Translations under genes and position numbers: made by a program
Shown here: positions 46,114 to 53,811 of the stretch, one piece after another
How the letters are laid out: every line of letters starts with the position of its first letter
Numbering within the stretch: the first letter of the stretch is position 1
The notes under the pieces: model-generated
The model's input: only the letters and a program-made list of their open reading frames with translations
What the model was told of the DNA's origin: nothing
The model's database searches: none
IMG/VR virus record: IMGVR_UViG_3300037466_002669
Coordinates: 174-64,173 of that record
Origin: a virus
Taxonomy: Duplodnaviria; Caudoviricetes
Direction: 5' to 3' (one strand)
Length of the DNA: 64,000 nucleotides

Positions 46114-46455
46114 ATGAAACATTTACTTACGATATTATTTTTACTGTTGAGCTCGATGGCTTTTAGCCAGACTACAAATACAGTTACTTTAGACGGTTCC
46201 GGATCAACAGATCCCGATGGAACAATCGTAAAGTACAAATGGGTGCAAACATCCGGTACAACGACCCCGATTGTGAATTCAGATTCGGCCAAAGCCACAG
46301 TAGTTTATACCATTCCGGGGATTTATGTGTACTCTCTAACTGTAACCGATAATAGTGGAGCCACAGCGACCGGAAGCACCCAAGTAACCGTTTTACCTCC
46401 AAATCAATTACCTCACGCTGTAATAGTGCCTAAAATAACAATTCAGCTTCCATGA
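46114..46455 (+). CDS. Secreted stand-alone PKD domain protein
   Basis: Signal peptide; VTLDGSGSTDPDGTIVKYKWVQ...YVYSLTVTDNSGAT. Confidence 0.85.
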   Translation: MKHLLTILFLLLSSMAFSQTTNTVTLDGSGSTDPDGTIVKYKWVQTSGTTTPIVNSDSAKATVVYTIPGIYVYSLTVTDNSGATATGSTQVTVLPPNQLPHAVIVPKITIQLP

Positions 46456-46685
46456 AATACCTCTTAATCATATTACTTTCCTCTTGTGTGACTACTGAAA
46501 AGGTCACTCTTGACGGATCAAAAAGTTATGATACGGACGGGAGAATAGTCAGTTACGAATGGCAGGTAAATGGACGGGTGGTGAGCCGTGATATTACAGC
46601 TTCAGTACCGGTAAATTCAACAGTTAAACTAATAGTAACGGATGATAAAGGAGGGATAGGTTCAACAACTAAAATAATACAATGA
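46452..46685 (+). CDS. Lipoprotein with PKD domain
   Basis: Lipobox LSSC; VTLDGSKSYDTDGRIVSYEW...LIVTDDKG. Confidence 0.8.
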   Translation: MKYLLIILLSSCVTTEKVTLDGSKSYDTDGRIVSYEWQVNGRVVSRDITASVPVNSTVKLIVTDDKGGIGSTTKIIQ

Positions 46686-46810
46686 AAACAGAGCACAATT
46701 TTAAAAACACGGCCTTAGCAATATTCTATTGGACTTTAGCCATAGGTGGAATTATTACGGCGATCTGTTTTATTTCATGGATGATCTCAAAAACAATTTT
46801 TCAACAATAA
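46682..46810 (+). CDS. 42-aa membrane protein (not in ORF track)
   Basis: MKTEHNFKNTALAIFYWTLAIGGIITAICFISWMISK...; ATGA coupling. Confidence 0.55.
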   Translation: MKTEHNFKNTALAIFYWTLAIGGIITAICFISWMISKTIFQQ

Positions 46811-46820
46811 ATTTTAAATT

Positions 46821-47012
46821 ATGAAACGTTTCTCTTTATTACTTATTGCAATTCCGGGAGGACTGGGATTTGTATTTTTATTCTGTGTGACCAGACTAGC
46901 TTATTTCCACAACAGCTTCTTTCAACGCAATCACATTGCTCTTGGCCTGTTATGTCTGGTCATCGCAGCAGTAATTTTTAAACTCAATTACAAACCTGGA
47001 AAAAAGAGATGA
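46821..47012 (+). CDS. Two-TM small membrane protein
   Basis: Two hydrophobic segments, basic tail. Confidence 0.6.
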   Translation: MKRFSLLLIAIPGGLGFVFLFCVTRLAYFHNSFFQRNHIALGLLCLVIAAVIFKLNYKPGKKR

Positions 47013-47320
47013 GCGAGGACGAAAAAAAAGAAATCATAGATAAAGAGTTAAGAGGCGTTACAGCCCGCAATCTACTATGGCTTATGGGTGGCATTGTAAC
47101 CGTCCTTATAACGGTAATGTCCACTTACTTTTCTATTATCCGAAAGTTGGACGGGCTTAATGTGATGCAGAATAATATCAATGTTATGTCTACTAAGGTC
47201 GAAAATAACACCGAAGATATCAAGAACATTCAACAACACATCATCCCTTCACTTGACAACCGAATGAGCATTATGGAAGAAAAAATGAAAGATAAAGTAT
47301 TTTTAAAAACAGCACCATGA
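47009..47320 (+). CDS. Single-TM coiled-coil protein (holin/antiholin-like)
   Basis: One TM segment plus coiled coil. Confidence 0.5.
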   Translation: MSEDEKKEIIDKELRGVTARNLLWLMGGIVTVLITVMSTYFSIIRKLDGLNVMQNNINVMSTKVENNTEDIKNIQQHIIPSLDNRMSIMEEKMKDKVFLKTAP

Positions 47321-47628
47321 CACAACTTATTTTACAGGTCTCTTTCATTATTCTGGCGGCAATTTGCAAGGCATTGACCGATACCATTGCCTTTCATAAA
47401 GGTGGTGTATTTAAGAGTAAGTTTTTCGACATTAATTCGCAAGGGAAATTCCTGCCGTTCACAAAATACCCCTTGGACGGGTTTCACCTCTCTAACTCTT
47501 TAATGATTGCCTTTTTCGTGGCTGCGATGTGCATCCCTTCGCCATTAGTCTGGTATTTTAATATTGTGCTTCTCGGCGTAATATTCAACCTTGTTTTTAA
47601 TCTTTTTTGGAACCATATTTTTAATTAA
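47317..47628 (+). CDS. Multi-TM membrane protein
   Basis: Three hydrophobic segments. Confidence 0.6.
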   Translation: MTQLILQVSFIILAAICKALTDTIAFHKGGVFKSKFFDINSQGKFLPFTKYPLDGFHLSNSLMIAFFVAAMCIPSPLVWYFNIVLLGVIFNLVFNLFWNHIFN

Positions 47629-47642
47629 AAAACTTTTTTGTT

Positions 47643-47801
47643 ATGAAAAATTTAAACTGGTATTTAATCAAATCAATTTTTGTTGAAGCTTTCGCAGGTG
47701 GTCTCTTTTGGTCTTATGGACACCATATAACTGGTGGGATCTTCTTTGCCCTTTGCGCGGCAACATTCGTGTATGCCATACTTAAAAAAATAATTCAATG
47801 A
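47643..47801 (+). CDS. 52-aa two-TM protein (not in ORF track)
   Basis: MKNLNWYLIKSIFVEAFAGGLFW...; TGA overlaps next ATG. Confidence 0.55.
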   Translation: MKNLNWYLIKSIFVEAFAGGLFWSYGHHITGGIFFALCAATFVYAILKKIIQ

Positions 47802-48190
47802 AAGAATTAATCTTCAAGTCCATTCATGACACCTTCACGATAATTGGAGGAGGAAAGCAGTTAAGCTATTATCTCGCGGGGTTCTTTTTTGCGTTCCTGG
47901 GAATTATGCTTTCGCTCTACCAGAGTTCTCGAAGCCGTGACAAATTAAGTCCAAGTACACCTTTAAAGTTTTCCTGGTTATTTCTTATTTGGGATAACCT
48001 AAGAAGGGCGGTAGTAACCCTTGTTGTGATGTTCATTCTGTTTCGGGTGCTGGATCTCTCTTATGTTCCTCTCATGATTGGGGTAGGGATAGTAGTTTCA
48101 GTGGCGCTCGATAGAATTATTGTATTGCTCATGAGTTGGAGTGATAACATTTTTGATTTACTCGCTTCTGCCAGAAAAAAAGCACAATGA
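47798..48190 (+). CDS. Putative holin
   Basis: Three TM segments, directly upstream of spanin. Confidence 0.5.
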   Translation: MKELIFKSIHDTFTIIGGGKQLSYYLAGFFFAFLGIMLSLYQSSRSRDKLSPSTPLKFSWLFLIWDNLRRAVVTLVVMFILFRVLDLSYVPLMIGVGIVVSVALDRIIVLLMSWSDNIFDLLASARKKAQ

Positions 48191-48708
48191 TAGACTATAA
48201 AAAATGGTTGCTCTTTTTATGCATTGCTGCGGTCGTGGTAATGCTGCTGACTTCATGCACCACCTCTAAAGACAATAAAGCATTCGCCAGGGTAACCGCA
48301 AATACAACTCTTCTTAACAAGGCTGGCCGCATTTGGGAAAAGTCAAACCCTTGTGTAGTTGATACAGTAATTCAATTTAAAAATGGTGTTGAAACGATTC
48401 GTTATGACACTCTTTGGAATGATGTAGTAAAAGTTTATTATGATACTGCAACCCGGACTAACACCGTAACAGAATACAAGACCATCGTGAAAAACGTAGT
48501 CAAAACCGACACCATTTTAGTCGACAAAACGGATGTGCGAAGATTGAATTTAGCCTTGTCAGATAACGACAAGTTACAAGCCGAAAACAACCAGGTTAAA
48601 TCCGACAATAAGGATCTGAAAAGTAAGTTAAATAAACGCACTTGGGAGTTTTGGGGATTGATAGTACTGATTGCAGGTGCAATAGGATTGAAATTTTATT
48701 TAAAATGA
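48187..48708 (+). CDS. Unimolecular spanin (u-spanin)
   Basis: N-terminal lipobox LTSC plus coiled coil plus C-terminal TM (WEFWGLIVLIAGAIGL). Confidence 0.75.
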   Translation: MIDYKKWLLFLCIAAVVVMLLTSCTTSKDNKAFARVTANTTLLNKAGRIWEKSNPCVVDTVIQFKNGVETIRYDTLWNDVVKVYYDTATRTNTVTEYKTIVKNVVKTDTILVDKTDVRRLNLALSDNDKLQAENNQVKSDNKDLKSKLNKRTWEFWGLIVLIAGAIGLKFYLK

Positions 48709-48743
48709 AACCTTTCTGTAAATAGGTTAACAGAATTAAAATT

Positions 48744-49019
48744 ATGAGTTGGAATATAGATTTTATCGGAAATCCCGAAAACGTAGTAAAGGCTCTTCAA
48801 GAAAACAGCGCAAAACTTGATGGAGCATCAAAAGTTGAATACGATGCTGTGGTGCCTCATCTTATAGGGTTAGTGAGTCAGAATTTCAATAGTAACAAAG
48901 CAGTTGGAATAGTAGTGAAAGTAACCGCATCTGGCCACGGTTATATTAGCACAGATGGTACTGATCAATACCGTCAATGTTCAGCTTCAGTAGAGCAACT
49001 TTATGGCGTTCTTGTTTAA
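48744..49019 (+). CDS. Hypothetical protein
   Basis: 91-aa ORF. Confidence 0.7.
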   Translation: MSWNIDFIGNPENVVKALQENSAKLDGASKVEYDAVVPHLIGLVSQNFNSNKAVGIVVKVTASGHGYISTDGTDQYRQCSASVEQLYGVLV

Positions 49020-49047
49020 GTGAAAAGTTCTTTAAAATACCAATAAT

Positions 49048-49216
49048 AGCGGCAAACCTTTGGCGGCGTGCGAAAGCGAATAACAGTAGCGAGTAGATGT
49101 ACCGACTGGCAAGCAGGGCTATAAGCTCTATTCCATAACAATTAAAAGAAAGTGAAGGAGGTAATTAGCGTGAACAAGATCTATTCCGGCGTTAAAATAT
49201 GCCTTCACTGTTTTTT
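49048..49216 (+). ncRNA. Candidate structured RNA
   Basis: GC-richer intergenic stretch; gc-gaaa-gc, gggct-ata-agctc, agtgaagg/ccttcact stem plus T6. Confidence 0.35.
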
Positions 49217-49229
49217 AGATATCTAAAAA

Positions 49230-49382
49230 ATGTACCAGGTAAAAGTATTTGTGTGCACGTGCTCGCAATGTAAAGGAGTAAAAAATAAACGTCACAAAGC
49301 CAGAAAAAAGATCAAAAGGATGTTGAACAAAAAGAGACGCAAGATGAAACTTGGGGAAGTTTATAATTTTTATTACGCATGA
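49230..49382 (+). CDS. 50-aa basic Cys-rich protein (not in ORF track)
   Basis: MYQVKVFVCTCSQCKGVKNKRHKARKKIKR... Confidence 0.55.
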   Translation: MYQVKVFVCTCSQCKGVKNKRHKARKKIKRMLNKKRRKMKLGEVYNFYYA

Positions 49383-49495
49383 AAAAAGAAAAACCAATAT
49401 CCGCTATTCGTCTTGTAATGAGAAAGGCAGAATTTAAAAAAGTAATCAGTTACTTCAAATTTAAAATTTGGAAAACAACTTCATCAACGTTATGA
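49379..49495 (+). CDS. 38-aa basic peptide (not in ORF track)
   Basis: ATGA-coupled at both ends. Confidence 0.45.
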   Translation: MKKEKPISAIRLVMRKAEFKKVISYFKFKIWKTTSSTL

Positions 49496-50076
49496 CAGCA
49501 CAGGAACAAAGACAACAGCTATTTGACACAATGATTATCCGGGATAAGATAACCAAAGGTGACACCGTTATTATGGATGATGTAGAAAAAATAGCGGATT
49601 ATATTGTAGGGCGAATCTTAGAAAATAAATACCGGTATGTTAACATCGCGCATAAATTCCCAAATCCAGGCTTAAAGTGGTGGCTAATCGCGGTTATTCA
49701 CTATATGGAATGCAACTTGAATTTTAATTGTTATCTTGGCAATGGCCAGCCGTGGAACCAACGAACAACCATAGTTCCCAAAGGTCGTGGAGCTTTCAAG
49801 TCTTTTGAAGAGGGCGCAATTGATGCAATTAAATTACAGGGCTTGGATAAGGTCACTGATTGGAGCATAGGGAATGTTCTTTATATTCTTGAGGGATATA
49901 ACGGCTATGGTTATGCGAAATATCGCGGAATTAATTCTCCTTACTTGTGGTCAGGGACTAATCAATATACTTCCGGTAAATATATTTTTGATGGAACGTA
50001 TAAAGCAGACGCAGTAAGTAATCAAATTGGCGCCGCTGTTTTACTAAAAAAACTATTACGAAAGACGCATTGGTAA
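49492..50076 (+). CDS. Endolysin, lysozyme-family (COG5526-like); likely start MTAQ
   Basis: IAVIHYMEC, NGQPW, TTIVPKGRG, LEGYNGYGY, SPYLWSGT motifs. Confidence 0.8.
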   Translation: MTAQEQRQQLFDTMIIRDKITKGDTVIMDDVEKIADYIVGRILENKYRYVNIAHKFPNPGLKWWLIAVIHYMECNLNFNCYLGNGQPWNQRTTIVPKGRGAFKSFEEGAIDAIKLQGLDKVTDWSIGNVLYILEGYNGYGYAKYRGINSPYLWSGTNQYTSGKYIFDGTYKADAVSNQIGAAVLLKKLLRKTHW

Positions 50077-50081
50077 CTTCT

Positions 50082-50150
50082 TAGCCGCCGTTAACATTTT
50101 ATAACATCGTTTATAATTTGTTTTTTCAAAGAGGGGCGGCGGCTATTTTT
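50082..50150. terminator. Inverted repeat at convergent late/early junction
   Basis: tagccgccg (50082-50090) / cggcggcta (50137-50145) plus T-run. Confidence 0.5.
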
Positions 50151-50154
50151 TAAA

Positions 50155-50481
50155 TTATTTCAATTTCGTTTTCCAAAAATTCAAAGCACCTTTTGCAAGC
50201 GTTTCTGGATCTGTTGACATATCCTGTACGGTTACTGGAAGGTTTACGTGTTTACAAAGTTTTATTGCTTCTTTTAAATCGCTGGAATAGCGTGGCGCAA
50301 AAAATCCTTTATGAATTACACCCACCCGTGGTAGCCAATTATAATATTCTTGTGTTGCTTCTTTATTAGCATCAAATAATATTTCGCAAGAGTTTTCGCC
50401 AAAGGCGTCTTTTCCCACATAAATTGGCTTCCATCCGAATATTGTTTCTACTATTTCTGCATCTAAATCTCTATTTGTCAT
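50155..50481 (-). CDS. Phage hypothetical protein (ABA-sandwich-like)
   Basis: DLDAEIVETIFGW...PRYSSDL pattern. Confidence 0.5.
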   Translation of the reverse strand: MTNRDLDAEIVETIFGWKPIYVGKDAFGENSCEILFDANKEATQEYYNWLPRVGVIHKGFFAPRYSSDLKEAIKLCKHVNLPVTVQDMSTDPETLAKGALNFWKTKLK

Positions 50482-50643
50482 TTTATTATTTTTTCTTCTT
50501 TATCACTAAAAAATAACGATACAACGATAGCTAATATTCCTAATCCATTGTGATTGAAATGTATTAACACACAACCTAAAGTAAATACCGGACAGGTAAA
50601 AATTCCAATTATCGTTAGTAGTATCATTTTATTAATTTTTCTA

Positions 50644-50850
50644 TTACGCAACAGTTACCAGCATCACAGAAGGAGGCAATATTGTAATTTTTACAACCGC
50701 GTACTCAAGTTGTTTTTCGTGTGGCATAAGATTGCATTCCGTTTCTTTGAAATTTACAAATTGGCCTTTACAAGGGGTAAAGAAACATTCCCAATCTCTG
50801 AAAATTTCTTTTCTTTCTAAGGTTTGATAAATGATAACTTTTTTATCCAT
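50644..50850 (-). CDS. Hypothetical protein
   Basis: 68-aa ORF. Confidence 0.55.
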   Translation of the reverse strand: MDKKVIIYQTLERKEIFRDWECFFTPCKGQFVNFKETECNLMPHEKQLEYAVVKITILPPSVMLVTVA

Positions 50851-50861
50851 TTTGGTTAATT

Positions 50862-51302
50862 TTATTTTTCACATTTAATATTTTTTTCAACTTCTCTTAA
50901 AACTTGCTGGTAATTAATACAGGTAAATCGTAAAACTTTCCACCCTAAACTAATTGCCAGATTAATCTTTTCAGTGTCTTTTGTGAATCCGAGAAGGGTT
51001 GTATGGCTCGACTTATCACTATTTAATCCATCGTACTCAATTGCTATTTTAAATTCCGGCAAAGCAAAATCAAACCTGAATCTTCTTTTACTGAATCGGT
51101 ATTCCTTTTCCAATGTGTACCCCTTTTCCTGGCACCAATATTTTAATTGCCATGCAATCCACTGCACTTCTTTACAATCGTTACGGGCTTTCTTTGCACT
51201 TTTCTTTGCAGGTTCTTTGCAGTTGTTTGCAAGGTGCTGGTTTCTTGGAGCACAAGCTGATTTTAGTACATCTGATATGGTAGGGTAATGGCTCACGCCC
51301 AA
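50862..51302 (-). CDS. DUF559/Vsr-like PD-(D/E)XK endonuclease
   Basis: EYRF..RRFRFDFA..KIAIEYDG...H...GWKVLRFT. Confidence 0.85.
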   Translation of the reverse strand: MGVSHYPTISDVLKSACAPRNQHLANNCKEPAKKSAKKARNDCKEVQWIAWQLKYWCQEKGYTLEKEYRFSKRRFRFDFALPEFKIAIEYDGLNSDKSSHTTLLGFTKDTEKINLAISLGWKVLRFTCINYQQVLREVEKNIKCEK

Positions 51303-51550
51303 CTTACTTTATACATTTTTACCTGTTCAAAAGGATGAATTACGCTTGTTACCGAATACCCTAAATCCATTAATTTTTTAACCCCTTCAAGATTTATATG
51401 GATACCGAATAATAGAACTTCTTCAAATCCTAATTTAGACTGTGATTCAATTCTTTCAATAGCCTTTTCATAGTTTGCTGATTGAGCTATTTTTGCATCT
51501 GATCTTGCTTCAGATGCGTATAAAGTCTTTTTTACTTTTTTCTCTTCCAT
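51293..51550 (-). CDS. Hypothetical protein (allele B of 35..292)
   Basis: Homology within window. Confidence 0.8.
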   Translation of the reverse strand: MEEKKVKKTLYASEARSDAKIAQSANYEKAIERIESQSKLGFEEVLLFGIHINLEGVKKLMDLGYSVTSVIHPFEQVKMYKVSWA

Positions 51551-51556
51551 CTGTTT

Positions 51557-51847
51557 TTATTTTAATTGTGATTGTAAACGATCAATTTCGGCAGCGATTA
51601 ATGCACCGGCAATAACAAGGCGTTCAAAATATGGTTTCCGGCACAACCGATAAAACCAAACATGATCCCAGTTTTTAGGGTACCAAACATTCCCGGATAA
51701 ATCAGGCGTACTTAAAACTTTTGCAGCCTCTACTAATTGGTTTTCATCATACCATTCTATATGATTTACATGATGTTCACCTGTAAATCCATGCTTAATA
51801 ATTTGCTCTTGCCTTTCTTCTGCAATTAATTCAACTCCGTTTTTCAT
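51557..51847 (-). CDS. Hypothetical phage protein, copy B only (likely start MKNGVELIA)
   Basis: Flanked by 18-bp direct repeat. Confidence 0.7.
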   Translation of the reverse strand: MKNGVELIAEERQEQIIKHGFTGEHHVNHIEWYDENQLVEAAKVLSTPDLSGNVWYPKNWDHVWFYRLCRKPYFERLVIAGALIAAEIDRLQSQLK

Positions 51848-51872
51848 TTTATTTATTTTAATTGTGATTAAA

Positions 51873-52067
51873 TTATTCTTCGTCCAAAATAACAACAGTG
51901 TCCCGCGCCAATGCTTCTTCATCGTCCGGATCTTCTATAAAATTTATCTCATCGCTTCTTACTGAATTCACTAATCCGTAAGCAAATTCTGTTTTTCTTT
52001 CAGCTACAAATACATCCATGTTATCAGGATATTGAGATAGTTTCTCTTTTAATTCTTTTACTGTCAT
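51873..52067 (-). CDS. Small acidic protein (allele of 867..1064)
   Basis: Homology within window. Confidence 0.8.
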   Translation of the reverse strand: MTVKELKEKLSQYPDNMDVFVAERKTEFAYGLVNSVRSDEINFIEDPDDEEALARDTVVILDEE

Positions 52068-52287
52068 ATGTTTTCATTTTAAATTATTTCAAAAATGGTT
52101 CACCTATACACCATAAGGTTTTTGAACTTAAAACATTTGCCTGTGCTGAAATATCCCGTTGTAAAACACGTCAACGCCGACAATTTTCCCATTTCTTTGT
52201 ACTTCAAAGACAATGGTTTCACCTTTTAATTTTGCCATGATTTATTCTGTTACCTATACACAGAAAGGTTTTTAATTATAAATATTT

Positions 52288-52683
52288 TTAGATGATCTCA
52301 AAAACGTAAATCAAATCCTTGTTCCATACTTTCTGTTCTGCTTCTTCAAACTCTTTAAAATCTTCTTCACTTGCACCATAATACACACTACCATCACCTT
52401 GCCTCATTGTTAATTCAGGATCGCGTAATTTATTCTCAAAATAAATCCCCTGCGATTCCAAATAAGAGAAGAAAAATTCTTTAGCGGTTTTAAATGAAAT
52501 ACTCCACCCTATTAATGCCAATTGCGCAAATTGTTGTTCTGTTATACCAGTTAGTTTGCCGATTAGATGTTTGGTTTTTATAGAATATCCATCCCACACG
52601 AAATTTGTAATATTTTTTTTATCATCTTCCGACAATTCTACTAACAGTAGTTTCTTTTTAAGATTGAGTATTTGTTGTTTCAT
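52288..52683 (-). CDS. Hypothetical protein (mosaic allele of 1528..1992)
   Basis: Shared termini. Confidence 0.75.
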   Translation of the reverse strand: MKQQILNLKKKLLLVELSEDDKKNITNFVWDGYSIKTKHLIGKLTGITEQQFAQLALIGWSISFKTAKEFFFSYLESQGIYFENKLRDPELTMRQGDGSVYYGASEEDFKEFEEAEQKVWNKDLIYVFEII

Positions 52684-52692
52684 TTCAGATTA

Positions 52693-52962
52693 TTAAAGTT
52701 TTTTGCCACATTGACAAATCCATTCCACTTTTGTAACATTATTTTCCGTCGTTCTCACTTCCCTGTATTGGTGCTTTCCTTTACAGATAAATTGATCTTT
52801 TACAGTTTCAATAGGGTATGGATTGTTTATAATAAGCGGTTCCGATTTAGGGAAGGGTAGTTGCTTTGCTTCCTCAGGTGAAACAAGAATAGCCTTATCC
52901 ATTTTTTCTAAAATGGTTCTTGCTGTTATTCCGCTACCAATAATTGCGATTTGTTGTTTCAT
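52693..52962 (-). CDS. Hypothetical protein with C-terminal CxxxH..CxCG motif, copy B only
   Basis: 89-aa ORF. Confidence 0.65.
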   Translation of the reverse strand: MKQQIAIIGSGITARTILEKMDKAILVSPEEAKQLPFPKSEPLIINNPYPIETVKDQFICKGKHQYREVRTTENNVTKVEWICQCGKKL

Positions 52963-52973
52963 TGATTGTTATT

Positions 52974-53219
52974 TTATGCATTTGAAGTAAAACAAGCAAT
53001 ACAAACATCCTTGGGTCTCGAATCTTTACATTTTATATCTATTTCATCAAAGGGCATCCCACACACTCCGCAGTGTGTAACTCCTACCGCTTTATGGTAA
53101 TCAATAGCTAGTTTTTCTATAACATCCCATACTTGATAAACTTGTTTCATCATAATGTTATCAGGATCAGGGTGGACAGATGATACGAAATTGGAAAATG
53201 GCGTATTGCTTGTTTTCAT
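52974..53219 (-). CDS. Hypothetical CxxC zinc-binding protein, copy B only
   Basis: CGVCG...C...CIAC. Confidence 0.65.
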   Translation of the reverse strand: MKTSNTPFSNFVSSVHPDPDNIMMKQVYQVWDVIEKLAIDYHKAVGVTHCGVCGMPFDEIDIKCKDSRPKDVCIACFTSNA

Positions 53220-53265
53220 TTTACTTCATTTATTGGTTTAATCTTTAAGTTTTATGTGATAGCTT

Positions 53266-53364
53266 TTAATAATTGCTTTCAAAATCCATAAAATAGTCTT
53301 TATTAGGCGGCGTTAAATCCACCGTGACCATGAAAGAGCCTCTTATGTATAGTTCGAGTTTCAA
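53266..53364 (-). pseudogene. Truncated allele of 3511..3765
   Basis: TTG-KLELYIRGSFMVTVDLTPPNKDYFMDFESNY then TAA. Confidence 0.7.
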
Positions 53365-53801
53365 AACGGTAAATCGTCTGAATCAAATGATATACTATCG
53401 CCTTTGCTTATCAAATCTTCAATTACGCATTTTTGATACATAATAACGGTTTGTTTTTCTCTGTGAGTTCCAGTTTTACTAATAGCATCGAGCATATAAT
53501 AAACGGACATCAGTTTACTCCTGTTTCTTACCCCAACTTCCTGCAGGTGTTCTTCAAACTTTTTTTTATTTCGTTCAATTTCATCTTTCAGTGAAATAAT
53601 TTCGTTTCTTCTTTCATCAAATAAGTGCCCGTTTGTCCTTAGATACGATTCGGCAAGCAACCATGCGTTTTCTTCGTTGTCGCTGCAAAATGAATAATCA
53701 TACCCATTGCAAGTGCCATAGCAGTAATAGTTGTTTGTCACATTATTTTTCATGATTTTAAAATTCTCTTTAAACCATTGTAAACAGTGTACTTGTTTCA
53801 T
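53361..53801 (-). CDS. Hypothetical protein, copy B only
   Basis: 146-aa ORF ending DDLPF. Confidence 0.65.
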   Translation of the reverse strand: MKQVHCLQWFKENFKIMKNNVTNNYYCYGTCNGYDYSFCSDNEENAWLLAESYLRTNGHLFDERRNEIISLKDEIERNKKKFEEHLQEVGVRNRSKLMSVYYMLDAISKTGTHREKQTVIMYQKCVIEDLISKGDSISFDSDDLPF

Positions 53802-53811
53802 AATTTTTATT

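Noticed and set aside
49048-49130. HDV-like/theta or hammerhead ribozyme (GCGAAU resembles HDV J4/2)
   Set aside because: I could not build the P1/P2/P3 pseudoknot, and there is no CUGAUGA core; kept only as a generic structured-RNA candidate.
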